Shown here one piece after another: positions 1-10,158 of a stretch of 64,000 nt of DNA. Every line of letters starts with the position of its first letter. Position 1 is the stretch's first letter. Origin of the DNA: Vulcanimicrobiota bacterium (GTDB lineage: Bacteria; Vulcanimicrobiota; Vulcanimicrobiia; Vulcanimicrobiales; Vulcanimicrobiaceae); NCBI GenBank assembly GCA_963795855.1, contig CAWCIZ010000003.1:32001-96000 (forward strand). The letters are read 5' to 3'. The notes under the pieces were generated by a model that had not been told where the DNA came from, made no database searches, and saw nothing but the letters and a program-made list of their open reading frames with translations. The position numbers and the translations under genes are program-made.

Positions 1-802
1 CGCGAAGCTCTCCTATGATTTTCACGCCGATGACTTCCGGAATCAGCATCGTGACGGGCTGACCGAGCATAGCGGCTTCGGCCTCGATCCCGCCGACGCC
101 CCAGGCCAGCACGCCCAGTCCGTTCGCCATAGTCGTGTGCGAATCGGTGCCGACGACGGTGTCGGGATATGCAAATGCGTTCGCGGAATCGTACGCAAGG
201 CCGGCTCCGCCTCCGCCGAAGATCACGCGCGAGAGAAATTCGATGTTGACCTGATGCACGATGCCCGTGTCCGGCGGAACGGCGCGGAAATTGTCGAGCG
301 CGCGCTGTCCCCATTTTAGAAAGGCGTATCGTTCGCGATTGCGATCGAATTCGAGATCGGCGTTTTTCTTGAACGCCTCGCTGCTGCCGAACGCGTCGAC
401 CTGCACGGAGTGATCGATCACGAGTTCGACCGGCTGCAGGGGATTAATCGCTTTCGGATCGCCGCCCATCGCGGCCATCGCATCGCGCATCGCGGCGAGA
501 TCCACGACCGCCGGGACGCCGGTGAAATCCTGAAGCAGCACGCGCGCCGGACGATAGGCGATTTCGCGCTGCACGCGCTGGTGCGGATGCCATTTCGCAA
601 GCGCTTCGACGTCGTCTTTCGTCACCGATCGCCCGTCTTCGAAACGCACGAGATTCTCTAGCAGAATCTTGAGCGAAAACGGAAGGCGTGCCAACTGCGC
701 GAGGCCTGCTTCCTCCAGCGCCGCCAGACGCACGTACGAATAAGAACGATCGCCGACGACGAGCCGATCGACGGCGTTGAAAGTGTTTGCGTGCTGATTC
801 AT
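1..802 (-). CDS. acnA: Aconitate hydratase A, N-terminal part (runs off the window)
   Basis: My own minus-strand translation from ATG 802: [84 protein letters not shown] overlap with the rnd stop. Confidence 0.96.
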   Translation of the reverse strand, partial: MNQHANTFNAVDRLVVGDRSYSYVRLAALEEAGLAQLARLPFSLKILLENLVRFEDGRSVTKDDVEALAKWHPHQRVQREIAYRPARVLLQDFTGVPAVVDLAAMRDAMAAMGGDPKAINPLQPVELVIDHSVQVDAFGSSEAFKKNADLEFDRNRERYAFLKWGQRALDNFRAVPPDTGIVHQVNIEFLSRVIFGGGGAGLAYDSANAFAYPDTVVGTDSHTTMANGLGVLAWGVGGIEAEAAMLGQPVTMLIPEVIGVKIIGELR

Positions 803-1959
803 GATTGCAAGGAGATTCGCGGGTCGCCGCCCGCGTAGCCTTCGATGCGCAGGGAACTGGTGCCCGACAAAAGTCGCCAGAGCGGCTCCGCCACGAGCTG
901 CGTGCGCCAATGCGACAGACCGAGCACACGTTCGAAATCCTCGCGCGTCGCCGGTACCTCACGCGCGACGCGCTCCAGAGAGGCGCGCGAAGCCAACAGG
1001 CTCGCCGGCAACTCGTTTTCCTGCGCGAGTTCGCCCACGACGACACCCATAAGCGCGACGAGCGTTTCGCGTGCGTTTCCGAGCGGGCGCGAGAATTTCG
1101 CCGGCAACTCCGCCTCATCGACCGCTTCCCCGCGTCTGACCGCATCGAGAATCAGCGGTCCGAGCGAGCGCCTCGTGCCGGAATCGAGGCGCCGCAGTTG
1201 CGCGAGATCGTCGATGGAACGCGGGCGCACGGTCGCCAAGCCGCCGACCACGTCGTCCGGCATGATGTATTTGAGCGGTAGATCTCGCTCGCGCGCGACG
1301 CGATCGCGCAATTTCACCAATTCGGCGAGCACGCCGAGTTCGCGGCGGTTCATACGGTTCGCACCCGGGATGCGCGAATACATGCGCCGCTCTTCGCTTC
1401 GGTAGCGTTCGACTTCGGAAAGCAGACGGCACTCCTCGATCGCCCACTCGTACCGGCCCTTTTCACGCAAGCGCGCGGAAAGTTTTTCTTGCATGTCCAG
1501 CAGATGCTCGACGTCGTCGACCAAGTACTCGAGCTGCTTTTCCGAAAACGGACGGGACGACCAATCACTCACCGTTTGCGATTTTTTCAGACGCACGCCG
1601 CACAGCTCGCGCACGAGATCGGCGAGCGAAATCGCCATCCCATATCCCAGGAACGCCGCGGCGACTTGGCAGTCGAAGACGTCGGGCGGGACCACGTCCC
1701 ACTTATCCGCGAAGATTTTGAGATCGCTGGTGAGCGCGTGCCCGACGACCATGGTCTCGCAAAGCGCTTGAGCGAGCGGCGACGGGTCGTCGATCGCCAG
1801 CGGGTCGACGATCGCGCATCCATCTTCGAACGCCAATTGAACGACCATCAGCCGCGCGGTATAGCTGCGTTCGTTGTGAAACTCCGTGTCCAGGCCGACG
1901 CGGCGCGATCCGCGGATCCGCTCGCAGAGATCGCGCAGACGCTCGGGCGTCGCAATCAT
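799..1959 (-). CDS. rnd: Ribonuclease D (DEDD 3'-5' exonuclease plus HRDC domain)
   Basis: [42 protein letters not shown]-like [11 protein letters not shown]. Start placed at ATG 1959. Confidence 0.92.
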   Translation of the reverse strand: MIATPERLRDLCERIRGSRRVGLDTEFHNERSYTARLMVVQLAFEDGCAIVDPLAIDDPSPLAQALCETMVVGHALTSDLKIFADKWDVVPPDVFDCQVAAAFLGYGMAISLADLVRELCGVRLKKSQTVSDWSSRPFSEKQLEYLVDDVEHLLDMQEKLSARLREKGRYEWAIEECRLLSEVERYRSEERRMYSRIPGANRMNRRELGVLAELVKLRDRVARERDLPLKYIMPDDVVGGLATVRPRSIDDLAQLRRLDSGTRRSLGPLILDAVRRGEAVDEAELPAKFSRPLGNARETLVALMGVVVGELAQENELPASLLASRASLERVAREVPATREDFERVLGLSHWRTQLVAEPLWRLLSGTSSLRIEGYAGGDPRISLQS

Positions 1960-1970
1960 GTCTACACCGC

Positions 1971-2621
1971 TCACGGTTGCGGGCCCATCGGGCTCGGCGT
2001 CGGATGGCGGTGACGCCATCGCCAGTGCGGGCGGTGATGGATGATGTACATGTGCGCGCGCGCCTCGTAGCCGTGAATCGCCGCCGTTGCGCGATCGCCG
2101 AAGATCGCCAAAATCGTGCAAACCGGTATCGCAACGACGGACATAGTGAAGATATGCACCCAAATCGGCACGCGAAACGCGGCTGCGCTCGCCGTCGCAA
2201 CGGTGCCGCCGAACCCGGGAATGATGCGGACGGCAATGAGAAACATCGGCGAACCGATTCGAAACCGTTTGACCCAGCCGGGCAGCCGCGCAAGCGCAGC
2301 TTCGAGATCGAGCAGATGCGATGCCCGTTTATTGATCCAGTAGCCGATCGCTGCTGCAATCACGATGCCGACGGCATTGATGATCGTGCCCCAGAACGGG
2401 CCGAAGACCGCGCCGTTCATAATGGCGAGCGCATCGGTTACGGAGAACGGCGCCGCTGCGACGAGCGCGAAAATCACGGTTGCGAGCGGAAGCGCGACGG
2501 CGGGCCCGATCGAGCGAATGAGATGCTCGATGTGCGGTTGATAACGGATAACGAAGGCCGCAAGGGCAAACGATGCGGCGAGCAGCCCGAAACCCGCCAG
2601 CCTGCGGCCTATCCGGCTCAA
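1971..2621 (-). CDS. TVP38/TMEM64 (VTT/DedA-like) membrane protein
   Basis: Hydrophobic; GAVFGPFWG and VRIIPG motifs. Confidence 0.8.
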   Translation of the reverse strand: MSRIGRRLAGFGLLAASFALAAFVIRYQPHIEHLIRSIGPAVALPLATVIFALVAAAPFSVTDALAIMNGAVFGPFWGTIINAVGIVIAAAIGYWINKRASHLLDLEAALARLPGWVKRFRIGSPMFLIAVRIIPGFGGTVATASAAAFRVPIWVHIFTMSVVAIPVCTILAIFGDRATAAIHGYEARAHMYIIHHRPHWRWRHRHPTPSPMGPQP

Positions 2622-2663
2622 GCGCGGCCGGGGTCCCGGTAATCGCTCTTCGAGGAGGATGGC

Positions 2664-3054
2664 ATGCTCCTGGTCCGGACGGTCATTTCGGTGTTATGCG
2701 CCACAGGGTTTTACGCTTCCGTTTTTATGCTGCGCAAGAGCGTGCGCGCGGCACAGGGCGGCCTCACCGAGCCAAGTGTCGTCGAAACGGAGCGGGCGAC
2801 GCTCTTCTTCGGTATGCCGAATTCTTTGTTCGGCATACTGTACTACGTCGCGCTGACGGCGCTCGCGTGGAGCGGAATTTTTTGGGCAGCCGCTGCAGCG
2901 CTGGCTGCAGCGCTGCTCGCCGCATGCACCTCACTGTACTTGGCTTACAGTCTGCTTTACATCACCAAACGCAGACTGCCTGTATTGCTGGACTGCGCAT
3001 GCGGTCAACTGGGCGTTGCTCGCGGCAGTCCCATGGCTGTTGGTCCTACGCTAG
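2664..3054 (+). CDS. Vitamin K epoxide reductase (VKOR) family protein, frameshift near 2970
   Basis: FGMPNSLFGILYY and SLYLAYSLLYI, then CLYCWTAHAVNW (CxxC) in the shifted frame, ending at TAG 3052-3054. Confidence 0.8.
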
Positions 3055-3174
3055 CGCGCAAACGCCCCTTGTTTGCGCGAGGCCTGCGTGGGTATCATCG
3101 AAGCACATTCCCACTGGAATGGCGCTGCCGGGTTTTCGGGAGTCGAGTCTCCCGCCGGTGTCTCGTGGCAAACA

Positions 3175-3204
3175 CAAAAGGCCGCGCGTGCGCGCGGCCT
3201 TTTG
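3175..3204. terminator. Bidirectional intrinsic terminator
   Basis: CAAAAGGCCGCGCG-TG-CGCGCGGCCTTTTG, a perfect inverted repeat between convergent genes. Confidence 0.8.
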
Positions 3205-3211
3205 CCTTGTT

Positions 3212-3778
3212 TCAGCTCTGCAGGTTGTAGACCGACGCGAGATCGTGCATCGCGGTATTGAGAATCGCGTGATAATCTGCGTCCGCCGCGATGCCGTACT
3301 TGGTATCGATGTCTTTCATCACTTGCACGTGAATCGGATGCGACACCGCGCGATCGAGCATCACTTCGACGTTGAATCCGCTGCCGGTTTGTCCGGCGCC
3401 CCACAGCGCTGCGGCAAGCGCGCTTCCGTTGTGCGGATCGGGATCGGGCTTGCTCGGAAGCATGACGTGCTTTTCGTTCACGATCTTGAGCGAATCGCTA
3501 ACGACGTACTGGAAGACGTTCAGGAAATTCGAGACCTTCTGTTGGCCGTATTGTTTGGTCAGTTTGCCGACTTCCGCGTTGAATTTATCGCCGGTGAGCG
3601 TTTTGAGCAGCGTGACGGTTTTGAAATTCGACGGGCCGCCGCCGGCCATCACCATCGAAAGCGTAACGCGCAGCGCGGGTGGGCCTGTGTATACGCCGGG
3701 ACCGGAGAAGCGCGACGGCTGCATGGTAACGTTGGGCATTGCCGCGAGCAGGACGATCGCGGCCAGCTTGAGGAGCAC
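3212..3778 (-). CDS. Secreted hypothetical protein
   Basis: Signal peptide, AAGGA RBS, protein-like composition. Confidence 0.75.
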   Translation of the reverse strand: MLLKLAAIVLLAAMPNVTMQPSRFSGPGVYTGPPALRVTLSMVMAGGGPSNFKTVTLLKTLTGDKFNAEVGKLTKQYGQQKVSNFLNVFQYVVSDSLKIVNEKHVMLPSKPDPDPHNGSALAAALWGAGQTGSGFNVEVMLDRAVSHPIHVQVMKDIDTKYGIAADADYHAILNTAMHDLASVYNLQS

Positions 3779-3820
3779 TATGCGATCCTTTCCGGAGCGA
3801 ACTCCGAGGTAGCAGAACGA

Positions 3821-4276
3821 TTACGTCGTCCTAACGGGAGAGTCGCCGGTTTGGATTTGGCCGATCATCGCGGCGTATTTCGGGTCCGAGGTCGGGGCTG
3901 CGCCGAACCATGCATCGAGCATGGCCTTCGCAATTGGAAGTGCCGTACTGCGCAAACTGAGCGCCAGCACGTTCGCGTCGTTCCACGTGCGCGCGCCGGC
4001 GGCCGTTTCCGCATCGCAGCAGAGCGCCGCGCGAACGCCCGGAACTTTGTTCGCGGCGATGCTCACGCCGGTGCCGGTCCAGCAGCACACAATGCCGAAT
4101 GCACATTCGCCCGACGCAACCGCTTGGCCGACGCAGCGTCCGACGTTCGGCCATGCATCGTCACCTTCTCGTGCGAGAACGCCGAAGAGCGCGACGTCGT
4201 AGCCGCGCTCGCGCAGGTTTCGGTCTAAGAAAGCGGTGAGTTCGGTCGCCTCGTCGCTTCCCAGCGCGATGCGCAT
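3821..4276 (-). CDS. rpiB: RpiB/LacA/LacB sugar-phosphate isomerase
   Basis: MRIALGSD, CWTGTGVSIAANKVPGVRAAL, ARTWNDANVLAL. Confidence 0.9.
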   Translation of the reverse strand: MRIALGSDEATELTAFLDRNLRERGYDVALFGVLAREGDDAWPNVGRCVGQAVASGECAFGIVCCWTGTGVSIAANKVPGVRAALCCDAETAAGARTWNDANVLALSLRSTALPIAKAMLDAWFGAAPTSDPKYAAMIGQIQTGDSPVRTT

Positions 4277-4283
4277 ACCGCTT

Positions 4284-4691
4284 TTAGTGTGCGTTCTTCA
4301 CCACGATCATGTCGGCGTTCAGCGACCCGTCGGAATTCGCGCGCCCGCGCACGTCAACGGTATCGCCGGACTTTATGCTCCAGCCGCGCGGATTGATCAC
4401 CGTGCCCCGGTGCAGATGAATTTCACGGTACCGATCGAGCTGCATCTTCACTTGCATGTCGTAGCCGCGGTAATAGGTCACCGTGCCGTACGACTCGTTG
4501 TCGCTCCACCCGAAGGCGGAGCGCACGATGTTGCTGAGCGCGTTGACGGCATCCTGACCGATGTTCGGCGGAACGCTGGGAATGGGCGTCGGTGCCGGAG
4601 TTGCAGCCGGAGATGCCTGCGTTGCGGCAACCGCGGGAAGCGCAAGCGCGAACAGGACGGCGGTAGCGGCAGCGACAAATCGCGTAGTCAT
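4284..4691 (-). CDS. Secreted hypothetical protein (beta-rich, DUF5666/OB-like)
   Basis: Signal peptide, Pro/Thr linker, LHRGTVINPRG..GDTVDVRG. Confidence 0.7.
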   Translation of the reverse strand: MTTRFVAAATAVLFALALPAVAATQASPAATPAPTPIPSVPPNIGQDAVNALSNIVRSAFGWSDNESYGTVTYYRGYDMQVKMQLDRYREIHLHRGTVINPRGWSIKSGDTVDVRGRANSDGSLNADMIVVKNAH

Positions 4692-4715
4692 ACTGCTGTA
4701 ACGCTATGCTGCGCG

Positions 4716-5544
4716 ATGAGGTTCCCGTTTGGTTCGCCTAGCCGCCACGGTCATGCTCGTCCGCCCCGCGGGCGAGGATGGGCTGGAGGTCTTCATGCTT
4801 CGCCGCAGCGAGGCGAGCCATTTCGTCCCGGACGTCTACGTTTTTCCCGGCGGAACGCTGGATGCGACCGACTGCTCCGAGGCGGCCCTTGCTCGCGCGC
4901 GCGGGTTGGATGACGAAAATCTGCGCCGGCAATTTCGAGCGCAGCCTGCGCCGGCTCTGCCGGCGCCGTTCGGTTCACCGCCGCGACGCGAAGCAGCCGG
5001 CTTGCTGATCGCAGCGTTGCGTGAGCTGTACGAAGAGGCGGGCGTGCTGCTCGCGTGCGACGAGCACGGTGCGGCACTTTCCGATGCGCAGCTCGCGCCG
5101 CAACGCCACGAATTGCAGGAAGCTCGCGCGCACGTGCAGCGCGGCGAACTTCCCTTTCACGAATTGCTCGCGCGGGTGGGCGCGTACGCAAACGGCCGCG
5201 CGCTCTCGCTGTTCTCGCATTGGATCACGCCGCCCGGATTTCCCCGGCGATATGACGCGCATTTCTTTCTCGCTGAAGCTACCGCGGATCAGGCGGCGGT
5301 CGCCGACGCGCATGAAACGCATGACGGGATTTGGATTCAGCCGCATCTCGCGCTGCAAGAATGCGCGGCCGGAACGTTCCGCATGGTGTACCCGACGATC
5401 AAACACGTCGAGCGTCTCACGCAATTCCACAGCACCGACGAACTCTTCGCGTTCGCCGACGTGAAACCGATCTACAGCATCATGCCGGAGATGCCGGGCG
5501 ACCGCGAATTCTCGATGCCGCCGGAACTGGAATACACCTGGTGA
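4716..5544 (+). CDS. NUDIX hydrolase (NUDT19-like); probable extra T near 4728
   Basis: AATVMLVR, YVFPGG, AALRELYEEAGV, HWITP, RRYDAHFF. ATG 4716 is in frame if one T is removed. Confidence 0.88.
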
Positions 5545-6464
5545 AGACGCGCATCGTCCCGGTGCGCGCGCCGAATCCGTCGGCCATGACGTTGACCGGC
5601 ACGAACAGTTACTTGATCGACTGCGGAAACGGCGAGGCGATCTGCATCGATCCGGGGCCTGCGATCGCGCGCCATGTCGCCGCACTTCTGGACCAGGCTG
5701 CGAAAATGGAGTGCCGGATCGTGCTGATAGCGCTCACTCACACGCATCCCGATCACGCGCCGGCGGCAATCGCGCTCGCAGAGCAAAGCGGCGCGCCGAT
5801 CGCGGCGCACGCGCGTACGGAGTTTCCGCACACCAGAGATCTGCACGACGGCGAGGCCCTGCAAATCGGCACGGCGACCGTGTCGGCGATCGAGGCGCCC
5901 GGGCATACGTTCGATCATCTCGTGTTCTACGAAGAATCCGAACGCGCGCTCTTCACCGGCGACGTCGTGCTCGGTGAAGGCTTCGTCGTGATCGCTCCGC
6001 CGAACGGCGCGATGCGTCCCTACCAGGAAACGCTGCAGCGCCTGCTCGACGACTTTCCCCACGCGAAAACCATCTTCGGCGGACACGGCGAACCGGTGAC
6101 CGATCCGCAAGCCAAGCTGCGCGAATACATTGCGCATCGGCGGTCGCGCGAGCACGAGGTTCTCACCGCGCTGCGACGCGGACCGCTGACGATTCCTGAT
6201 TTGGTGCGTACGATCTATAGTGAGACGAACCGGGCGCTTTGGCCCGCCGCCGCTCGTCAACTGCTTGCGTACCTGATTCCGCTCGAACGAGAACGCACGA
6301 TCGTCTCGCGGGAGCTCCAGCGGCCGATGACTGACGAGGAACGGGCTATCCTCAATCCCGATTGGGAAACGATCGTCGGCAAGGAGCATGCGCGAACCGT
6401 CGAGGAGGAACTCGGCGCGATGCTGCGTTTGGATGCGGTGCGCGAGTATCGCCTCTTGAACTAA
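5541..6464 (+). CDS. Metallo-beta-lactamase-fold hydrolase (LACTB2-like)
   Basis: APNPSAMTLTGTNSY, THTHPDH, PGHTFDH, FTGD, GGHG. GTGA overlap with the NUDIX gene. Confidence 0.9.
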   Translation: MKTRIVPVRAPNPSAMTLTGTNSYLIDCGNGEAICIDPGPAIARHVAALLDQAAKMECRIVLIALTHTHPDHAPAAIALAEQSGAPIAAHARTEFPHTRDLHDGEALQIGTATVSAIEAPGHTFDHLVFYEESERALFTGDVVLGEGFVVIAPPNGAMRPYQETLQRLLDDFPHAKTIFGGHGEPVTDPQAKLREYIAHRRSREHEVLTALRRGPLTIPDLVRTIYSETNRALWPAAARQLLAYLIPLERERTIVSRELQRPMTDEERAILNPDWETIVGKEHARTVEEELGAMLRLDAVREYRLLN

Positions 6465-6468
6465 AAGC

Positions 6469-7440
6469 TTACGGTATGCGCAGCACGATTTTGCCGAACT
6501 GCCCGGCCTGGCTCATGCGCTCCGCAGCAGCGACGACGTCGCCCATGTCGTACGCGCGATCGACGACCGGCGTAATGCGATGCCGTGAAACGAACTCGAG
6601 CATGGCGCGGAAATCCGCGGGACTTCCCATCGAGCTGCCGCGAATGTCCAGCTGATTCCAGAACACGGGAAACATTCGGATCTTCGCATCGCCGTTCGTG
6701 CCGCCGTACGTTACGACGCGGCCGCCGGGGCGCACGACGGCGAGCGCTTTGGCGAACGTGTCGCCGCCTGCGGAATCGATCACGAGGTCGATCGCACCCG
6801 CGCCCTTTCGCACCGATTTATGCCAGTCGGGATCGGTTTTGTAGTTCACCACGACGTCGGCGCCGAGCGATCGTGCGCGTTCGAGCTTTTCATCGCTCCC
6901 CGATGTGACGGCGATTCGTGCGCCGATAGCTTTGGCGTAGAGGAGCACGAACGTTTGCACGCCTCCGCCGATGCCCGTGATCAACACCGTTTCTCCGCCC
7001 TGCAACTCTCCGCGCGTAAACGCGGCGCGGTACGCGGTGACGCCGGCCAGCGGCAGCGCAGCGGCTTCTTCGAACGAAAGATGCGCGGGCTTCGCATGTA
7101 CGTTTTCTCGCGGCACCGCCACGTATTGCGCGAAGGTGCCGTCGCGGGGCACGCCGAGAATCCGCGCGTCGGGCGTCCACACGCGTTCGTCCGGGCCCCA
7201 CCCGATCGTCGGATCGATGACGACGGCATCCTTGCCGGCGTCGCCGGCGCCGTCGGCCCCCAGCGTGCACGGGAGCGCTACGTTCGGATACAGGCCGTGC
7301 GTGATGAAGACGTCCCGGTGGTTCAATGAGGCGGCGCGCACGCGCACGAGCGTTTCGCCATCGCGCGGCTCCGGCTGCGGCGCGTCCTCGACAATCAGGT
7401 TCTTCGGCCCGCCTATCTCGTGTAACCGTACGGCTCTCAT
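6469..7440 (-). CDS. MDR / quinone oxidoreductase-like dehydrogenase
   Basis: AASLNHRD, GADGAG, TAYRA, GIGGGV, GQFGKIVL. Confidence 0.9.
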   Translation of the reverse strand: MRAVRLHEIGGPKNLIVEDAPQPEPRDGETLVRVRAASLNHRDVFITHGLYPNVALPCTLGADGAGDAGKDAVVIDPTIGWGPDERVWTPDARILGVPRDGTFAQYVAVPRENVHAKPAHLSFEEAAALPLAGVTAYRAAFTRGELQGGETVLITGIGGGVQTFVLLYAKAIGARIAVTSGSDEKLERARSLGADVVVNYKTDPDWHKSVRKGAGAIDLVIDSAGGDTFAKALAVVRPGGRVVTYGGTNGDAKIRMFPVFWNQLDIRGSSMGSPADFRAMLEFVSRHRITPVVDRAYDMGDVVAAAERMSQAGQFGKIVLRIP

Positions 7441-7516
7441 GCTCCGGCTTTCTATCCGCGCCGCGCCGGTCATCCTCTGGAGCTGGAACGCGACCCATGG
7501 TAAACTCATTTTAGTC

Positions 7517-7960
7517 ATGGGTCGAACGCTCGTTTCGCTTTTGAATACCGCCGCGGCCGTACCGGACCCGCTGGAAACCCCCCTCGGTGCGGCGCGGTGG
7601 TGGGCTGAAGTACTTCGCGCATGCCCGCCGGCCGTGGACGCGGGGAAACCGCGATTCGACGCAAGCTTGGCGGCCGCTCTGCGAAACGCGCGAGCCTGGG
7701 TCGAGGGTGTTCTCGCCCGCGGCGGGAGAGAGGCGGCGCTGCGCTTTCGCGGCGACGCGGCCGACGCGATGCTTTTCGAAATAGCCTACGCGGTGCGCGC
7801 GGCGCTGGAACGCGGGGACCTCGAACGCATCCGCCGCTGTGCCGGGCAAGCGTGCGCGCGGTACTTCTTCGACGAAACGAAGAACGGGTCGCGCCGCTGG
7901 TGCTCGCTGCGATGTATGGAGCGGGCGCGAACGCCGCGGCGGCGTACAATACCCCGGTGA
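7517..7960 (+). CDS. CGNR zinc-finger domain protein
   Basis: RRCAGQACARYFFDETKNGSRRWCSLRCMER. Confidence 0.8.
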   Translation: MGRTLVSLLNTAAAVPDPLETPLGAARWWAEVLRACPPAVDAGKPRFDASLAAALRNARAWVEGVLARGGREAALRFRGDAADAMLFEIAYAVRAALERGDLERIRRCAGQACARYFFDETKNGSRRWCSLRCMERARTPRRRTIPR

Positions 7961-8196
7961 ACTTCAACAAGTATTTCAAGGGGTTGGCCAAGGTCACGAG
8001 GACGTTTTCGATTGAGATCGGACCGCTTCGAGCGCAGGGCGTTCCGGCCGTGCTGGTCGGCGTGACCGGCATCATCCTCGCGGCCGGCGCGGCGCGTGCG
8101 GTCATGCAGAGCTCCGGCAGCCTTCCCGAAACGCTTCGCGAGGCGCGTTCGCTCGCGCTCGCCATGCGCGCCGACGTGCGCAAACTGCCCTCGTAA
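7957..8196 (+). CDS. Small hypothetical membrane protein
   Basis: GTGA overlap with the upstream gene; one hydrophobic segment. Confidence 0.55.
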   Translation: MNFNKYFKGLAKVTRTFSIEIGPLRAQGVPAVLVGVTGIILAAGAARAVMQSSGSLPETLREARSLALAMRADVRKLPS

Positions 8197-8205
8197 CGTC
8201 AAGCC

Positions 8206-8442
8206 ATGATCGACAACGAATCGCTGACCACGCTGATCCGCGCCGGCATTCCGGACGCGCAAGTCAACATCGTCGACCGCACCGGCACGATGGATCACTT
8301 CAACGTTACCGTGCGTTCGCGGGCATTTGCGGGAAAGACGCTGATCGAACAGCATCAACTCGTTTACGGTGCGCTCAAAGGCGCGCTCAAAGACGGCCGC
8401 GTTCACGCGGTGGAACTCAAAACACTGGTGGGAAATGACTGA
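8206..8442 (+). CDS. bolA: BolA family protein
   Basis: DHFNVTVRSRAFAGKTLIEQHQLVY, VHAVELKT. Confidence 0.92.
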   Translation: MIDNESLTTLIRAGIPDAQVNIVDRTGTMDHFNVTVRSRAFAGKTLIEQHQLVYGALKGALKDGRVHAVELKTLVGND

Positions 8443-8791
8443 TCATCTGAAACAAGAAATCGAACGCGAAGTCGCGGCGAACAAAATTCTCGTGTACGGC
8501 AAAGGCACGAAGGCGATGCCGCGCTGCGGGTTCACGCTCGAAACCATCGAATTCTTCGACCACTTCGGCTATCCGTTCGAAGTCGTCGACGTGCTCGAAA
8601 ACATGCCCAAGCGCGAAGCGCTCGCCGAAATGACGAACTGGCCGACGCTGCCGAAGGTGTTCATCAACGGCAAGTTCTACGGCGACACGGACATCCTGGG
8701 TCCGATGGTGCAGAGCGGCGAGCTGCAGAAAGTGCTCGAAGAAACGTTCGGACACGCCGGCGCTCCCAAGACGACCATCAATCTGCACTAA
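8435..8791 (+). CDS. grxD: Monothiol glutaredoxin (Grx4/GrxD-like)
   Basis: KGT..PRCGFT, NWPTLP; adjacent to bolA. Confidence 0.85.
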   Translation: MTDHLKQEIEREVAANKILVYGKGTKAMPRCGFTLETIEFFDHFGYPFEVVDVLENMPKREALAEMTNWPTLPKVFINGKFYGDTDILGPMVQSGELQKVLEETFGHAGAPKTTINLH

Positions 8792-8796
8792 CGGGC

Positions 8797-9642
8797 GTGT
8801 TGAAAAACACGACGATCGTCGGCGTCGACGAACTGTTCGCGCATCTGCGCGACCCGAATTGGGTCGTCATCGACTGCCGCCATTTACTCCAAGACTTCGG
8901 CGCCGGCGGGCGCATGTACCAGGCGGCGCATATTCCGGGCGCATTTTTCGCGTCCGCGGAAGACGAATTGTCCGGTGAGAAAACCGGCAAGAACGGACGT
9001 CACCCGCTGCCCGATCCGGAGCGCTTCGCAGCGTTCCTGCGCGAGCTCGGCGTGAACCGCGACACGCAGATCGTCGCGTACGATGCCGGCGCCGACATGT
9101 GGGCCGCGCGCTGCTGGTACGACTGCCGCTATATCGGCCACGACGCCGTTGCAGTGCTGGACGGCGGTTTCGCGGCGTGGTGGGGCATGAATAAACCCGT
9201 GAGCGCCGAGGTTCCACGCCGCCCCGGCGGCGGCAACGTCACTGCAAATCCGCAGCGAGCGTTGGCAGTGGACGTCGACGCGGTACTGCAATCGCTGCAA
9301 TCGAAAGCGTTTTCGCTCGTCGACGCGCGCGGAAGCGATCGTTTTCAAGGACGCAACGAAACCGCCGATCCGGTCGGCGGACATATTCCCGGTGCGGCGA
9401 ACCGGCCATTCCGCGCCAATTATACGGGACCGTTCGGACAATTCAAATCGGCGCAGGAATTGCGCGGCGAGCTCGAAGCGCTGGGTTCGCCCGAGCGCGT
9501 GGTGCACCAGTGCGGCTCCGGCGTGAGCGCAACGGTGAATTTGCTCGCAATGGAGATAGCGGGCCTTACCGGATCGCGCGTTTATCCCGGTTCGTGGAGC
9601 GAATGGTGCGCGGATCCTTCGCGGCCCATGGTGACGAACTAG
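8797..9642 (+). CDS. sseA: Tandem-rhodanese sulfurtransferase (SseA/MST-like)
   Basis: HIPGA twice, GRHPLP, LDGG, CGSGVSA, YPGSWSEW. Confidence 0.9.
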   Translation: MLKNTTIVGVDELFAHLRDPNWVVIDCRHLLQDFGAGGRMYQAAHIPGAFFASAEDELSGEKTGKNGRHPLPDPERFAAFLRELGVNRDTQIVAYDAGADMWAARCWYDCRYIGHDAVAVLDGGFAAWWGMNKPVSAEVPRRPGGGNVTANPQRALAVDVDAVLQSLQSKAFSLVDARGSDRFQGRNETADPVGGHIPGAANRPFRANYTGPFGQFKSAQELRGELEALGSPERVVHQCGSGVSATVNLLAMEIAGLTGSRVYPGSWSEWCADPSRPMVTN

Positions 9643-9645
9643 CCG

Positions 9646-10152
9646 CTAGCGTTTCTGCGCAGGCGGAACCGCAAACGGTTTGGCGACTTTGCCGGCCGGT
9701 GAAGCCATGAGCCGCTCGAGGTCCTGCGGCGTCGGCTCTTGCGAAACGTCGCGCGCGGAATCGACGAAACAATAAAACCCGAACGGTTCGTCGCCGCGAT
9801 TGACGAATTGATGCACTTCGAGCGGCGCGACGTAAACGACGTCGTGTTCCGCGATTTCCTCGAGCGTGTCACCGACGATCGCGTAGCCTTTCCCGCGCTT
9901 CACGATGACGAAATGCTCGTGTTCGTGTTTCTCAAGGCGCGAAACGGCCCCGCGCTGTAATTCGAAATAGCGCAATTCCTTGGACGGCCCCGGTTCGGTC
10001 GCGACGGATTTGCGACCGCCGACGATGGTGTGGCGCTCCACGCCGACCGCCGCACCCGGGCGATATCCCTCGACGGGTACACCTTCCCAACCATGTTCCT
10101 TGGCGCGTATGACGCGTTTCTGCTTGGTGATTTCCATGAACGGCTCCAGCAT
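9646..10152 (-). CDS. Cupin domain protein
   Basis: LRYFE, LEKHEHEH, HQFVN, GFYC. Confidence 0.85.
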   Translation of the reverse strand: MLEPFMEITKQKRVIRAKEHGWEGVPVEGYRPGAAVGVERHTIVGGRKSVATEPGPSKELRYFELQRGAVSRLEKHEHEHFVIVKRGKGYAIVGDTLEEIAEHDVVYVAPLEVHQFVNRGDEPFGFYCFVDSARDVSQEPTPQDLERLMASPAGKVAKPFAVPPAQKR

Positions 10153-10158
10153 AGCACA

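Noticed and set aside
2573..4228. Long alternative-frame or antisense ORFs (for example 2573-4228, 10030-11454, 31247-32728 and the 5' part of 19129-20865)
   Set aside because: Arg/Ala-rich shadows of real genes, expected at high GC; no motifs.
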